Assembly: GCA_964636405.1 (NCBI GenBank)
Contig: CAZWSI010000005.1
Location: 17,975-81,974 of the forward strand
DNA length: 64,000 nucleotides
Source: an uncultured Oscillospiraceae bacterium
GTDB taxonomy: Bacteria > Bacillota > Clostridia > Christensenellales > CAG-138
Direction of reading: 5' to 3'
In this document: positions 9,293 through 19,526 of the stretch, one piece after another
How the letters are laid out: each line of letters starts with the position of its first letter
Numbering within the stretch: the stretch's first letter is position 1
Translations under genes and position numbers: made by a program
The notes under the pieces: generated by a model
Database searches by the model: none
The model's input: only the letters and a program-made list of their open reading frames with translations
Told to the model about the DNA's origin: nothing

Positions 9293-11368
9293 TCAGATGA
9301 CGAATTTTTTCCGCATCATGTATTCTTCCTTCTTGCCGGGGTTATAATTCTGCACCGGGCGAAGGTATCCTACCACACGCGACCAGACCTCGGTATCCCT
9401 GCCGCACTCCGGGCAGGAAAAATGCTCGCCGGCAATATAGCCGTGCTCATGGCACACCGAGAAGGTGGGCGTAATGGAGATATACGGCATCTTGTAACGC
9501 TCGAACACCGAGCGGATGATGCTCTTGCAGGTTTCGATATCCTCGATGCGCTCGCCGATATACAGGTGCTGCACCGTGCCGCCGGTATAAAGGGACTGAA
9601 GCTCATCCTGCAAATCGCAGCACTCGAAGATATCGTCCGTATAGGCGACCGGGAGCTGGGTGGAATTTGTGTACATGGGCTCCTCTACGCCAGCCTGGAT
9701 GATATCGGGATACCGCGCCTGATCGAGCTTGGCGAGGCGATAGCTCGTGCCCTCCGCCGGGGTAGCCTCCAGATTGTAGCTGTGCCCTGTCTCCTCCTGA
9801 AATTGCACCATGAGGTTGCGCAAAAACCGCATGACCTCGAGCGAGAAGGCAAGACCCTCCGGGCTGCCGACATCCTTGCCAAGGAAATTGAGGCAGCTTT
9901 CGTTCATGCCGACAAGGCCAATCGTATTGAAGTGATTGGTCCAGTATTCGCCCGTGCGCGCCTTTACGCCGCGCAGATAATGCTGCGAATACGGATACAG
10001 GCCCATTTCGGTCTCCTTCTCGATGATCTTGCGCTTGATCTCGAGGCTCGTTTTGCCCAGAGTCGCAATATGCGCAAGGCGCTCGAAATACTCCTCGCGG
10101 GTCTTGGCCAGATATCCGATGCGGGGCAGGTTGATGGAATACACGCCTATGCTGCCCGTCATGGGGTTGGAGCCGAAAAGGCCGCCGCCGCGCTTGCGGA
10201 GCTCGCGCTTGTCGATGCGCAGCCTGCAGCACATGGAAACCGCGTCCTCGGGCGAAAGATCGGAGTTGACATAGTTTGCAAAGTACGGAATGCCGTATTT
10301 GCAGGTGATGCGCATAAACTCATCCACCACGGGGCTCTGCCAATCAAAGTCCTTGGTGATGTTGATGGTTGGAATCGGGAAGGTAAACACACGGCCCTTC
10401 GCGTCGCCCTCCAGCATGACGGCGCAGAACGCGCGGTTAAACAAGTCCATCTGCTCCTGAAAATCGCCGTAGGTTTTGTCGAGATACTGGCCGCCGACAA
10501 CCACGGGCTCGTCCTTTAATGTGGAGGGAACCTTGATATCGAAGGTCAGATTGGAGAAGGGGCACTGGAAGCCTACCCGCGTGGGCACGTTAATATTGAA
10601 CACGAACTCCTGCAGGCACTGACGCACGGCGTTAAAGTCCATGTTATCATAATAGAGGAAGGGTGCGCAGTAGGTATCGAACGAGCTCCAGGCCTGCGCG
10701 CCGGCGGTTTCGCCCTGGGTGGTGAAGGTGGAATTGACAATCTGCCCAAGGAAGGAGCGCAGATGCCGGGCGGGACGGCTCTCAACCTTGCCCTCTACGC
10801 CGCCGAAGCCCTCTGTCAAGAGCTGGCGCAGGTCCCAGCCCGCGCAGTAAGGCCCAAAGAAACCCAAATCGTGAATGTGCGCGTCGCCGCTTTCGTGCGC
10901 GCGGCAGATATCGATGGGGTAAACCTCATACAGCCAGTATTTTTTCGTAAACGCCTCACGCACATAGTTGTTGAGGCCGTTCACGCTCTTTTGCATATTG
11001 GCGTTCTCTTTGATGTTCCAATCCTTATCGTTGAGATAATCGCCGAACATATCGATGGTCGCGCCAATGAGCGCGTTGATTTCACGGGTGCCGCGGCGCT
11101 TCTCGCGGTACAGGATATAGGCCTTGGCCGTGCGAGCGTGGCCCGCCTCGATCAGCACCTTCTCCACAATGTCCTGTATGCCTTCCACATCGGGAAGACG
11201 ATCCGCGTATTTCAGCTCGGCAAGACGGATCACCTCGTCGGTAAGCCGGTCGCTGAGCGCTTCATCCGTGCCGTTGACCGCCTGAGCCGCTTTCCAAATC
11301 GCGCTTTTGATCTTTGTGCGATCAAAGGCTTCCGTCCGTCCGTCGCGTTTGACAATTTGTGTAAACAT
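9293..11368 (-). CDS. nrdD: Class III anaerobic ribonucleotide reductase with N-terminal ATP cone
   Basis: IVKRDG ATP cone, HIHDL, SMCCRL, EATPAEG, YTNS, C-terminal zinc site and RVVGYLRP glycyl-radical loop. Confidence 0.96.
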   Translation of the reverse strand: MFTQIVKRDGRTEAFDRTKIKSAIWKAAQAVNGTDEALSDRLTDEVIRLAELKYADRLPDVEGIQDIVEKVLIEAGHARTAKAYILYREKRRGTREINALIGATIDMFGDYLNDKDWNIKENANMQKSVNGLNNYVREAFTKKYWLYEVYPIDICRAHESGDAHIHDLGFFGPYCAGWDLRQLLTEGFGGVEGKVESRPARHLRSFLGQIVNSTFTTQGETAGAQAWSSFDTYCAPFLYYDNMDFNAVRQCLQEFVFNINVPTRVGFQCPFSNLTFDIKVPSTLKDEPVVVGGQYLDKTYGDFQEQMDLFNRAFCAVMLEGDAKGRVFTFPIPTINITKDFDWQSPVVDEFMRITCKYGIPYFANYVNSDLSPEDAVSMCCRLRIDKRELRKRGGGLFGSNPMTGSIGVYSINLPRIGYLAKTREEYFERLAHIATLGKTSLEIKRKIIEKETEMGLYPYSQHYLRGVKARTGEYWTNHFNTIGLVGMNESCLNFLGKDVGSPEGLAFSLEVMRFLRNLMVQFQEETGHSYNLEATPAEGTSYRLAKLDQARYPDIIQAGVEEPMYTNSTQLPVAYTDDIFECCDLQDELQSLYTGGTVQHLYIGERIEDIETCKSIIRSVFERYKMPYISITPTFSVCHEHGYIAGEHFSCPECGRDTEVWSRVVGYLRPVQNYNPGKKEEYMMRKKFVI

Positions 11369-11420
11369 CCCTTTACCCCCAACTCGTTCACGCTTTTTCC
11401 TGTACCGTTAGTTTAGCAAA

Positions 11421-11468
11421 ACCCTATATTTAGTGTCAAGCGGCATGCATGCATGCTAAATATTGATA
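11421..11468. promoter_or_regulatory. Tandem NrdR boxes, proximal pair
   Basis: ACCCTATATTTAGTGT (11421-11436) and ATGCTAAATATTGATA (11453-11468), 32-bp period, fit the acaCwAtATaTwGtgt consensus. Confidence 0.7.
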
Positions 11469-11654
11469 ATAACGGTGGATATACGGTGGATAATTTTTCT
11501 AATTAATGCGATGAAAAAAACGAAAGACTGAACGGCGGGGTTTATTTTGGCATTTTGCAAATAGGAACAGCCGTATATGTCCCTGAATGCCCGTTGCATG
11601 CGGTGAATGCTTATAAGTTTTGTTTATAGAGTGTTCATATTCTGTTTCGAAAAT

Positions 11655-11702
11655 CTACAATAGATTGTGTACGGTTTGTTACCGGGGGTCTAGATGTTGC
11701 GG
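11655..11702. promoter_or_regulatory. Tandem NrdR boxes, distal pair
   Basis: CTACAATAGATTGTGT (11655-11670) and GGTCTAGATGTTGCGG (11687-11702), 32-bp period. Confidence 0.6.
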
Positions 11703-11787
11703 TTTTGCGCATCCGCGCAAGAAAGCCGCCCAAACCGCCCTAGGGCGGCCCGGCGGCCGGATTCGCATATGGGTAGCGGCGAAAAGC

Positions 11788-13473
11788 CTACCCGTTGTTC
11801 TCCACGGAAAAGCTGCTTTTGGCGAACGTGCCGCTTACGGCAAGCGGAGGCAAGTTGAACTGCGTGCCCGCTGTGCTCGCGTCAAAGAGCGAAAAGCTGA
11901 CTTCCACCGTAAAGGGATCGGGGAGCTCGTCAAAGGGCTGCGCGGCATAATAGAAAAAGCTCGCCAGATTTTCCTCGGTGCTGGTCTCTTGATAGGTTTT
12001 CCCGCTGCTTGTAAAATCGACGGCGTTTTCCTCACCCGCAAAAAGAAGCTGCTTTCCGTTGACCGTTACGCTCGGATGCACGGCTGTGAGCGCGAGCGGC
12101 TCCCGCATGCCCGCCACAGTCATATTGAGAATGAATGCGCTGTCCTCCGTAAAGATGACGCTTAGATCCTTGACGCTCACATGCTCCAGCGCTTGGTTCA
12201 CGCTTTCCGGCCAAATGGAAAAGCGGGTAAAGGCCGTATGCGCCTTGCGCGCTTCATCGTGCAAACCATACCACTCCGCATCCTGCTTTTGGTTGGGTAT
12301 GCGCGCCTTGCCGGTGCTCCAATTATAATAGAACAGGATCACGTTGGCCTGCTCCGCGCCATAATCGAGGCCGACGGCCACAAGGGACTCGTCGCCGCGC
12401 TCCGCTTGCTCAAAGCCCACATAGCTTCGGAAGAAGGCGGCCTGCGAGGCGCTGTTTTCAGGCAGATAGCGAACCTGCTCAAAGAATGTGCGGTAGCCGT
12501 CCACATAGCAAAGCATGATGCTGTAGGAGGCCTCCGTATCGCAGACGAAGCCAAAATACAGCCAACCGTCCCGGTAAGAAACGTCCGCAAGGGTAACGGC
12601 GCCCTTTGTCATTTCGATCGGGGTCGCGCTTGCGGGAAGGGCTTGCAGCGCGGCAAGCTCGGCGCCGGGCTGCGAAGCGATCAAGCTTTCATAAGTGGCC
12701 GAAGCAAGCGAGCCGCCGTTCCTTCCCGCGGACGCGCCGCCTCCGGCATTCCCCTTGACGGCTCGCACGATGAGCACCGTTGCGAGCACGCACACAGCGG
12801 CGATTGCCGTGAGCGCCACGCTGAGCGCAAGCGCCTTTCGGCTTTTGCCAGCCGTTTTTTCCGGCTGCCCGCGCGTTTCCACCGCGTCCGCTTGCCGGGG
12901 CCGCCCCTGCTGGTTGCGGCGCGGCTTTCCGCCCGACAGGAGTGTGGCGAGCACACGCTTTTCCACATTCGGATCAAGCGCGATATGCTCCATAGCCGAA
13001 GCGTAAAGCTCCGGGTCGAAGCCGCCGCTCTCCCCCAGCATCGAAGCCGCCGCATAGATGCGCTCGTTCACCTTCTCTTCGCTCCGCTCCATCACGCGCG
13101 TAAGCTCGCGGGCAGTCAAGCCCTCGCAGCATTGGAGCTGCACGACCGTGCGGTACTTTGCGGGGAGCGCCAGCACGCGCAGCAGCAGCTCGTGCTCCTC
13201 CGCCGTAAGCGGATCAAGCTCATGCAACGGGCCGGGCTGCCAATCCTCAGGCCTTGACCGCAGACGGCTAAAGCCCGCTCTGACCGTGGCGCGCAGCAAA
13301 AGCGCCCGCTCCTCCGCCTCGGGCCAATCCTCCCGATCCTCCCGCAGCAGCGCATCGAACGCTGCGACGGCCATGCTCCCCGCCTCCTGCATATCCAACA
13401 GGTATAGATAGGCCAGACGTACAAGGCTCCTGGCCTCCGCAAATACGAGTTCCTCAACACTTCGCTGGCTCAA
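11788..13473 (-). CDS. Degenerate ECF sigma factor fused in frame to an anti-sigma-like TM and extracytoplasmic domain
   Basis: N-terminal LVRLAYLYL..., VLALPAKYRTVVQL..EGLTARE (sigma regions 2 and 4); TM helix near residues 214-236; RBS GGAGGTG before TTG. Confidence 0.75.
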   Translation of the reverse strand: MSQRSVEELVFAEARSLVRLAYLYLLDMQEAGSMAVAAFDALLREDREDWPEAEERALLLRATVRAGFSRLRSRPEDWQPGPLHELDPLTAEEHELLLRVLALPAKYRTVVQLQCCEGLTARELTRVMERSEEKVNERIYAAASMLGESGGFDPELYASAMEHIALDPNVEKRVLATLLSGGKPRRNQQGRPRQADAVETRGQPEKTAGKSRKALALSVALTAIAAVCVLATVLIVRAVKGNAGGGASAGRNGGSLASATYESLIASQPGAELAALQALPASATPIEMTKGAVTLADVSYRDGWLYFGFVCDTEASYSIMLCYVDGYRTFFEQVRYLPENSASQAAFFRSYVGFEQAERGDESLVAVGLDYGAEQANVILFYYNWSTGKARIPNQKQDAEWYGLHDEARKAHTAFTRFSIWPESVNQALEHVSVKDLSVIFTEDSAFILNMTVAGMREPLALTAVHPSVTVNGKQLLFAGEENAVDFTSSGKTYQETSTEENLASFFYYAAQPFDELPDPFTVEVSFSLFDASTAGTQFNLPPLAVSGTFAKSSFSVENNG

Positions 13474-13520
13474 TTCGCTTCACCTCCGGCTTGCATCCTT
13501 TACAGATCGTTCACAATAAG

Positions 13521-13548
13521 AAAAAGCCGACGGTTGGGTCGGCTTTTT
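13521..13548 (-). terminator. Terminator after serA
   Basis: AAAAAGCCGA-cggttggg-TCGGCTTTTT. Confidence 0.8.
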
Positions 13549-13552
13549 TGGG

Positions 13553-14467
13553 TTACAGGGCGAATTTCTTGGCTATGATATCGACGATTTCCGCGCCAAT
13601 CCGTTTTTGCGCCTCGCTTGTGCTCGCGCCGATGTGCGGCGTGGACGAGACCTTGGGGTGCGAATAGAGCGCCTTGTTCTTGGCGGGCTCCTCCGCGAAC
13701 ACATCGAGGCCCGCGCCGTACACCTTGCCAGAATCGAGCGCTTCAAGAAGCGCCGCTTCATCGACGTTCGTGCCGCGGGAGGTATTGATGATGATCACGC
13801 CGTCCTTCATCTTGGCGATGGTCTCGCGGTTCACCAGCGGCTGGCCCGGCAGCGAGGGCACATGCAGCGAGATGATGTCGGAATTGGCAAGCAGCTCGTC
13901 CATCTCGACATACTTCATGGTTTCACATTCAAGGCCCTCGACCTTATAGATATCGTATGCGAGCACCTTCATGCCCAGCGCCTGGCAGCGGCGGCCCAGC
14001 GCCTGACCGATGCGGCCATAGCCCACGATGCCGATGGTGCGGCCTGCAATCTCGATGCCCTTATAGGCCTTCTTCTCCCACTTGTCCTCGCGCATGGTGT
14101 GACCCGCAATGGAGATAAAGCGCGCGACCGAGAAGATGTGCGCAATGGCAAGCTCGGCAACCGCGTCGGAGCTGGCGCGGGGGGTGTTCTTCACCTCGAT
14201 GCCAAGGCCTTGCGCATAGTCCACGTCGATATTGTCTACGCCCACGCCGCCGCGAATGACCAACGACAGCCTGCCGGCAGCCTTCGCCGCGTCCAGTTGG
14301 GCTTTGCGAACCTTGGTTGCGCTGCGCACGACCAGCACATCATAATCCTTAACGGCTTCGCAGAGCGCGTCGGGTTCAAAGAAGGTGCAGTCCACCTGGC
14401 AGCCTTTTTTCTCAAGCGCGGCGATGCCGCTCTTGTCCATACCGTCCGTCGCAAGAATCTTGATCAT
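13553..14467 (-). CDS. serA: D-3-phosphoglycerate dehydrogenase-like D-2-hydroxyacid dehydrogenase (short form, no ACT domain)
   Basis: VRSATKV, GVGVDNID, GYGRIG, NTSRG, LDVFAEEP, TPHIGAST; directly follows serC. Confidence 0.85.
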   Translation of the reverse strand: MIKILATDGMDKSGIAALEKKGCQVDCTFFEPDALCEAVKDYDVLVVRSATKVRKAQLDAAKAAGRLSLVIRGGVGVDNIDVDYAQGLGIEVKNTPRASSDAVAELAIAHIFSVARFISIAGHTMREDKWEKKAYKGIEIAGRTIGIVGYGRIGQALGRRCQALGMKVLAYDIYKVEGLECETMKYVEMDELLANSDIISLHVPSLPGQPLVNRETIAKMKDGVIIINTSRGTNVDEAALLEALDSGKVYGAGLDVFAEEPAKNKALYSHPKVSSTPHIGASTSEAQKRIGAEIVDIIAKKFAL

Positions 14468-14468
14468 G

Positions 14469-15557
14469 TTATTTGTGCTCCTTCTCATATTTCTTCAGGA
14501 ATTCGACCAGCGCCTCAACGCCTGCCTTGGGCATGGCGTTATAGATGGAGGCGCGCAGGCCGCCCACGCTCTTGTGGCCCTTGAGGTTGTCGAAGCCCTC
14601 CGCCTTGGTCGCGGCTACGACGGCGGCGTCCTGCTCGGCGCTCTTGGTAACGAAGGGGACGTTCATGAGCGAACGGAAATCCTTCTCCACCGTGCCCTTA
14701 AACATTTTGCTGCTGTCGAGGAAATCATACAGCACGGCGGCCTTCTCCTCGTTGCGGCGGTTCATCTCGGAAAGACCGCCCATGTTCAGCAGATACTTGA
14801 ATACCTTGCCGCAGCAGTAGATGGCCCAGCAATTGGGCGTGTTGTACATGGAGCCGTTCTGGGCATGCGTATCGTAACGCAGATAGACCGGCGTCTTGGG
14901 ATCGATATCCTCGCGGATAAGATCCTCGCGAATGATGACCACCACCATGCCGGCCGGGCCGACGTTCTTCTGCACGCCCGCATAGATTACGCCGTAATCG
15001 GCCACGTTGCAGGGGCGGGAAAGGAACATGGAGGACTGATCGGAAACGAGCACGTGGCCCTTGGTATCCGGGAGCTTGGGCCAGGTCACGCCATGGATCG
15101 TCTCGTTCTCGCAGATGTAGACATAGTCCGCATCCTCGGGAATGTCGAGGTTGGCGCAGTCGGGCACGTAGGTATAGTTCCTGTCCTTGGAGGAACCAGC
15201 CACGATGACCTCGCCGTACTTCTTAGCTTCGGAAATGGCCTTCTTGGACCATGCGCCCGTCTCAACATACACAGCCTTGCCGTTCTTCATGAGGTTCATG
15301 GGGATCATGGCAAACTGCATCGTGGCGCCGCCCTGAATGAACAGCACCTTGTAATTATCGGGAATGCCCATGAGCTGCCGCAGATCGGCCTCAGCCTCGT
15401 CGATGATTTGCTGATATACCTTGGAGCGGTGCGACATCTCCATTACGCACATGCCGCTGCCGCGGTAGTTCATCATTTCGTCCCGAATCTCCTCGAGTAC
15501 GGGTTCCGGCATCATGGCCGGGCCAGCGGAAAAATTGTAAATGCGATCGTACTTCAT
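14469..15557 (-). CDS. serC: Phosphoserine aminotransferase
   Basis: NFSAGPA, EMSHRS, NETIHG, AGVQKNVGPAG, MYNTP, GHKSVGGLRASIYNA. Confidence 0.96.
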   Translation of the reverse strand: MKYDRIYNFSAGPAMMPEPVLEEIRDEMMNYRGSGMCVMEMSHRSKVYQQIIDEAEADLRQLMGIPDNYKVLFIQGGATMQFAMIPMNLMKNGKAVYVETGAWSKKAISEAKKYGEVIVAGSSKDRNYTYVPDCANLDIPEDADYVYICENETIHGVTWPKLPDTKGHVLVSDQSSMFLSRPCNVADYGVIYAGVQKNVGPAGMVVVIIREDLIREDIDPKTPVYLRYDTHAQNGSMYNTPNCWAIYCCGKVFKYLLNMGGLSEMNRRNEEKAAVLYDFLDSSKMFKGTVEKDFRSLMNVPFVTKSAEQDAAVVAATKAEGFDNLKGHKSVGGLRASIYNAMPKAGVEALVEFLKKYEKEHK

Positions 15558-15608
15558 GTGACACGCTCCTAAGAAAGTATTATTTGGAAACCAATTGCAT
15601 TCGATGCT

Positions 15609-15637
15609 ATTATAGCCCGCTTGGTCTGTCAATTCAA
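15609..15637 (-). promoter_or_regulatory. sigmaA promoter of serC-serA
   Basis: Minus strand TTGAAT-N17-TATAAT. Confidence 0.6.
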
Positions 15638-15767
15638 CAGCAGAACGCACAAAAAAACGATTCAAAAATATATATTTTTATGCAGTCAGACAACGCAAAC
15701 GACTGAAAACGGCCCCGCCCCCGCAAAGGGAGCGGAGCCGCCGATGCAAAAATATGCAGCCGAAGCT

Positions 15768-16757
15768 TTAGCGCTCCTCCCGGAAGTAGGCCAGGCCGAG
15801 GCTTGCCGGGGGCTGATCCTCGCGTTTTCTGCGCAGGGAGCTTGTAACGAGCACGAGGAGCGTAACCACATACGGCAGCATTTTGAAGATTTCCTGCGTG
15901 CTGCGCGTCAGGCCCGGGATGTAGAAGAACAGCCAGAACAGCGCGCCGAAAAGGTATGCGCCCCAGATTGCGCGGCGCGGCTTCCACGTGCCGAAGATAA
16001 CGAGCGCCACCGCGAGCCAGCCCAGCTTTTCGATGCTGCCGTCTGTGGACCACGTACCCTTGATATAGTCCATTGTGTAATACAGCCCGCCAAGACCGGA
16101 AATGCCCGCGCCGATGCATGTGGCCATGTATTTGTACTTGGTCACGTTGATGCCCGCAGCGTCCGCCGTCGCGGGGTTTTCGCCCACGGCGCGGAGGTTT
16201 AGGCCCACGCTCGTTTTGTTGAGTACGTAGCTGAGCGTAAACGCCACGAAAATGGCAAGGTAGGCAAGGAACCCATAGGAGAACAGCGCCCGCCCGATTC
16301 CCCCAAGCTCCGTGGAAAGGAACGGAAGGTTCGTGCGGAACGCGGTGCTGGTCAGCGCCACGGAAATCTGCCCCGCGCCGCCCGCCATTTTGTTGAGCGT
16401 GCCGCCGAACAGGTTGGCCACGCCGCCGCCAAAGATCGTCAGCGTCAGGCCCGTTACGTTTTGATTGGCGCGCAGCGTGATGGTGAGCACCGAATAAATC
16501 AGCCCGCCGAGCATCGCTACAAGGAACGAAGCAAGGAGCGTAAGGAGTACCGCCACCGCCGGAATGGGATTTGCCGCGTTGTTTTCATAAAGGAACGACA
16601 TGATCAGGCCCGCGATGCCGCCAAGGTACATGATACCGGGCACGCCGAGGTTGAGGTTGCCGGATTTTTCCGCCAGGATCTCCCCGACCGACCCGAACAT
16701 GATGACCGTGCCGAACGCAACCGCTGCCTGGATAAGGGATACGAGCTGTTGGCCCAT
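15768..16757 (-). CDS. Nucleoside/purine ABC transporter permease (CUT2, NupC-like)
   Basis: GEILAEKSGNLNLGVPG, GLNLRAVGENPATADAAGINV, GWLAVALVIFG, MLPYVVT. Confidence 0.9.
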   Translation of the reverse strand: MGQQLVSLIQAAVAFGTVIMFGSVGEILAEKSGNLNLGVPGIMYLGGIAGLIMSFLYENNAANPIPAVAVLLTLLASFLVAMLGGLIYSVLTITLRANQNVTGLTLTIFGGGVANLFGGTLNKMAGGAGQISVALTSTAFRTNLPFLSTELGGIGRALFSYGFLAYLAIFVAFTLSYVLNKTSVGLNLRAVGENPATADAAGINVTKYKYMATCIGAGISGLGGLYYTMDYIKGTWSTDGSIEKLGWLAVALVIFGTWKPRRAIWGAYLFGALFWLFFYIPGLTRSTQEIFKMLPYVVTLLVLVTSSLRRKREDQPPASLGLAYFREER

Positions 16758-16760
16758 GTG

Positions 16761-17864
16761 TTACGCCTCCTTCCTGCCCTTGCGGGTGCGGAGCTTGTAA
16801 TTGATGAAGAACTCGCTGCCGAGGATGAAGAAAAGGATGATGCCCATGATCATCTCGGACACGAAATCGTTGAGATCGTATACGGACGCGATCTCTCGCG
16901 CGCCCTGCTGAAGAAAGGCCAGCAAGGCGGCAATCAGGATCATAACGAAGGTGTTGAATTTCGCGAGCCACGCGACGATAATCGCGATAAAGCCCCGACC
17001 GCCGGCGGTATCCGTGGAAATGGTATGATCCGCGCCCGCGACCGTCATAAAGCCCGCGATGCCGCAGACCGCGCCGGAAATCACCATCGTGCGGATGATA
17101 ACCTTGCGCACGTTGATGGCGGCATAGCGCGCCGTGTTTTCGCTTTCGCCCACAACCGCGATTTCATAGCCCTGCTTGCTCTTGGCCAGATACAGATACA
17201 TCAGCACGGCAAGCGACATGACGAGAAGCACGTTGAGCATATACATCTCGCCGAAGATTGAGGGGAACCAGCCTTCGCGCGTCATTTGATTGATGATGCC
17301 CACCGTGTTGGAGCCGAATGGATTTTCCCACTTGGCCACAAAAAATGAGGTGAGCTGCAGCGCGATATAGTTCATCATCAGGGTAAAAAGCGTTTCATTC
17401 GTGTTCCAGCGCGATTTGAAGATGGCGGGCAGCAGCCCCCAAAGCCCGCCCGCGATCATGCTCGCGATGAGCATGACAACAAGCAGCGGCACGGTCGGAA
17501 GGAATTTGCCGAGATAGAGCATGCACGCCGCCGTGGCAATGCCGCCCACAAGCATCTGTCCCTCCGCACCGATGTTCCAAAAGCGCATCTTAAACGCGGG
17601 CGCGAGCCCGATGCCGACGCAAAGGAGCGCCATCATTTCGCGGATGGTCATCCATACGCGCTTGTTCGTGCCGAGCGCGCCCTTGATCATGGCCCCGTAG
17701 ACCTTGAGCGGATTCAGCTTGGTCAGGCCGTAAATGATGAACGCGCAGAGTACGAGCGCGATCAAAAGGCCGATCAGGCGAATGCCCCATGCCTTCCAAG
17801 CGGGGAGCGCGTCGCGCTTTGTAATATGAAACAGGGGCTCGCTGGATTCATGATTTTTGCGCAT
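16761..17864 (-). CDS. Nucleoside/purine ABC transporter permease (CUT2, NupB-like)
   Basis: WNIGAEGQ, NETLFTLMMNY, GYEIAVVGESENTARYA, GFIAIIVAWL. Confidence 0.9.
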   Translation of the reverse strand: MRKNHESSEPLFHITKRDALPAWKAWGIRLIGLLIALVLCAFIIYGLTKLNPLKVYGAMIKGALGTNKRVWMTIREMMALLCVGIGLAPAFKMRFWNIGAEGQMLVGGIATAACMLYLGKFLPTVPLLVVMLIASMIAGGLWGLLPAIFKSRWNTNETLFTLMMNYIALQLTSFFVAKWENPFGSNTVGIINQMTREGWFPSIFGEMYMLNVLLVMSLAVLMYLYLAKSKQGYEIAVVGESENTARYAAINVRKVIIRTMVISGAVCGIAGFMTVAGADHTISTDTAGGRGFIAIIVAWLAKFNTFVMILIAALLAFLQQGAREIASVYDLNDFVSEMIMGIILFFILGSEFFINYKLRTRKGRKEA

Positions 17865-19401
17865 CGTCCGTCCCCTCCTTGCTCTTAAGATACGTCATGA
17901 GGTAGCCAACCTCGTCCTTTGTGGTCGATCTGGCGTCCACAATGCCGCTTACGCGCCCCGCGCACAGCACAAGGATGCGGTCGCACAATTCAAGCAGCAC
18001 GTCCAGATCCTCGCCGACATAAACCACGGCGACGCCCTTTTGCTTTTGCTCGTTCAGGAGGCGGTAGATGGTATAGGAGGTGTTGATGTCCAGGCCCCGC
18101 ACGGCGTACGCCGCCATGAGCAGCGAGGGCTTTGAGGCGATCTCCCTTCCTACGAGCATCTTTTGCACATTGCCCCCGGACAGCCTCCGCAGGGGAATGG
18201 AAAGATTCGGCGTGACAACCTCAAGACTGCTGACAATCTCCTCTGCCGTCTTTCGCGGCGCTTTACGATCCGCAAGGGGCGACGCGCCGTCCTTGTAGCA
18301 GCGCAGCATCACGTTATCGACCAGATCCATGCTGCCCACAAGCCCCATGCCGAAGCGATCCTCCGGCACAAAGGCCAGTCCGACGCCCATCTTACAAATA
18401 TCGATGGGCGTTTTGCCGATAAGATTGATCTCGCCCTCTCCCTCCGGCGGCGAAAAGAGAATCGTGCCCTCCTCCGCTTTCTGCATGCCGGCGATGGCCT
18501 CGAGCAGCTCGCGCTGTCCGCTGCCCGTAATGCCCGCGATGCCAAGGATTTCGCCGCCGTTCACGGTGAAGGATACGTCGTCCAGCTTCTTTATGCCGTC
18601 CGTGTCGAGCACGCTCAGATGCTCCACGCGCAGCCGCTCCGCCGTGTTTTGCGGCTCTGGCCGATCAATGTTGAGCAGCACGGCGCGGCCCACCATCATG
18701 TCGGTCAGCATCTGCGGATTGGTGTCCGCCGTCAAAACATCTCCGATAAACTTGCCCTTGCGCAGCACGGCCACGCGATCGGAAATCTCCATCACCTCAT
18801 GCAGCTTATGCGTGATGATCACAATGGCTTTGCCGTCCGCCTTCATGTTGCGCATGACCGAAAACAGCCGCTGCGTTTCCTGCGGCGTGAGCACCGCCGT
18901 GGGCTCGTCCAATATTAAAATGTCCGCGCCGCGATACAGCACCTTGACAATTTCAAGGGTCTGCTTTTCCGACACCGACATGTCGTATACTTTTTTATCG
19001 GGTTCGATCACAAAGCCATAGCGGTCGCAGATTTCCTTAACCGCGCTTCGGACGTGCTTTAAATCGAGCTTGCGGCTTTCGTTGAGCCCCAGCACAATGT
19101 TTTCCGCCGCCGTAAGCAGATCCACAAGCTTAAAATGCTGGTGAATCATGCCGATATGCAGATCGAACGCGTCCTTGGGCGAAGCGATGGTCGCCGCTTC
19201 TCCCTCGACGTAAATTTGTCCGCCGTCCGGGAAATAAATGCCGGACAGCATATTCATTAAGGTAGTTTTGCCGCTGCCGTTCTCGCCCAGGAGCGAAAGA
19301 ATCTCCCCCTTGTTCAGATTAAGGGAAATGCGGTCGTTGGCAACGACAGAACCAAAGGTCTTGGTAATGTCGACCATTCGGACTGCTGCTTTTGCTTCCA
19401 A
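17848..19401 (-). CDS. CUT2 ABC transporter ATP-binding protein (two ABC domains)
   Basis: GENGSGKTT Walker A, IGMIHQHF, LILDEPTAVLTP, LSGGNVQK; TTG start with AAGAGG RBS. Confidence 0.92.
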   Translation of the reverse strand: MEAKAAVRMVDITKTFGSVVANDRISLNLNKGEILSLLGENGSGKTTLMNMLSGIYFPDGGQIYVEGEAATIASPKDAFDLHIGMIHQHFKLVDLLTAAENIVLGLNESRKLDLKHVRSAVKEICDRYGFVIEPDKKVYDMSVSEKQTLEIVKVLYRGADILILDEPTAVLTPQETQRLFSVMRNMKADGKAIVIITHKLHEVMEISDRVAVLRKGKFIGDVLTADTNPQMLTDMMVGRAVLLNIDRPEPQNTAERLRVEHLSVLDTDGIKKLDDVSFTVNGGEILGIAGITGSGQRELLEAIAGMQKAEEGTILFSPPEGEGEINLIGKTPIDICKMGVGLAFVPEDRFGMGLVGSMDLVDNVMLRCYKDGASPLADRKAPRKTAEEIVSSLEVVTPNLSIPLRRLSGGNVQKMLVGREIASKPSLLMAAYAVRGLDINTSYTIYRLLNEQKQKGVAVVYVGEDLDVLLELCDRILVLCAGRVSGIVDARSTTKDEVGYLMTYLKSKEGTDDAQKS

Positions 19402-19526
19402 ATTCTTGTACCTCTTTTGATCAGATTGGAGATAAGAGGACGCCTGCTGTAAATGGGATGAAAAAAGCGGGGGAAAGCGGCGCCGCCATTCGGCATGGGC
19501 CGCTTTCCCTCGCAAAATGGGTTCTC

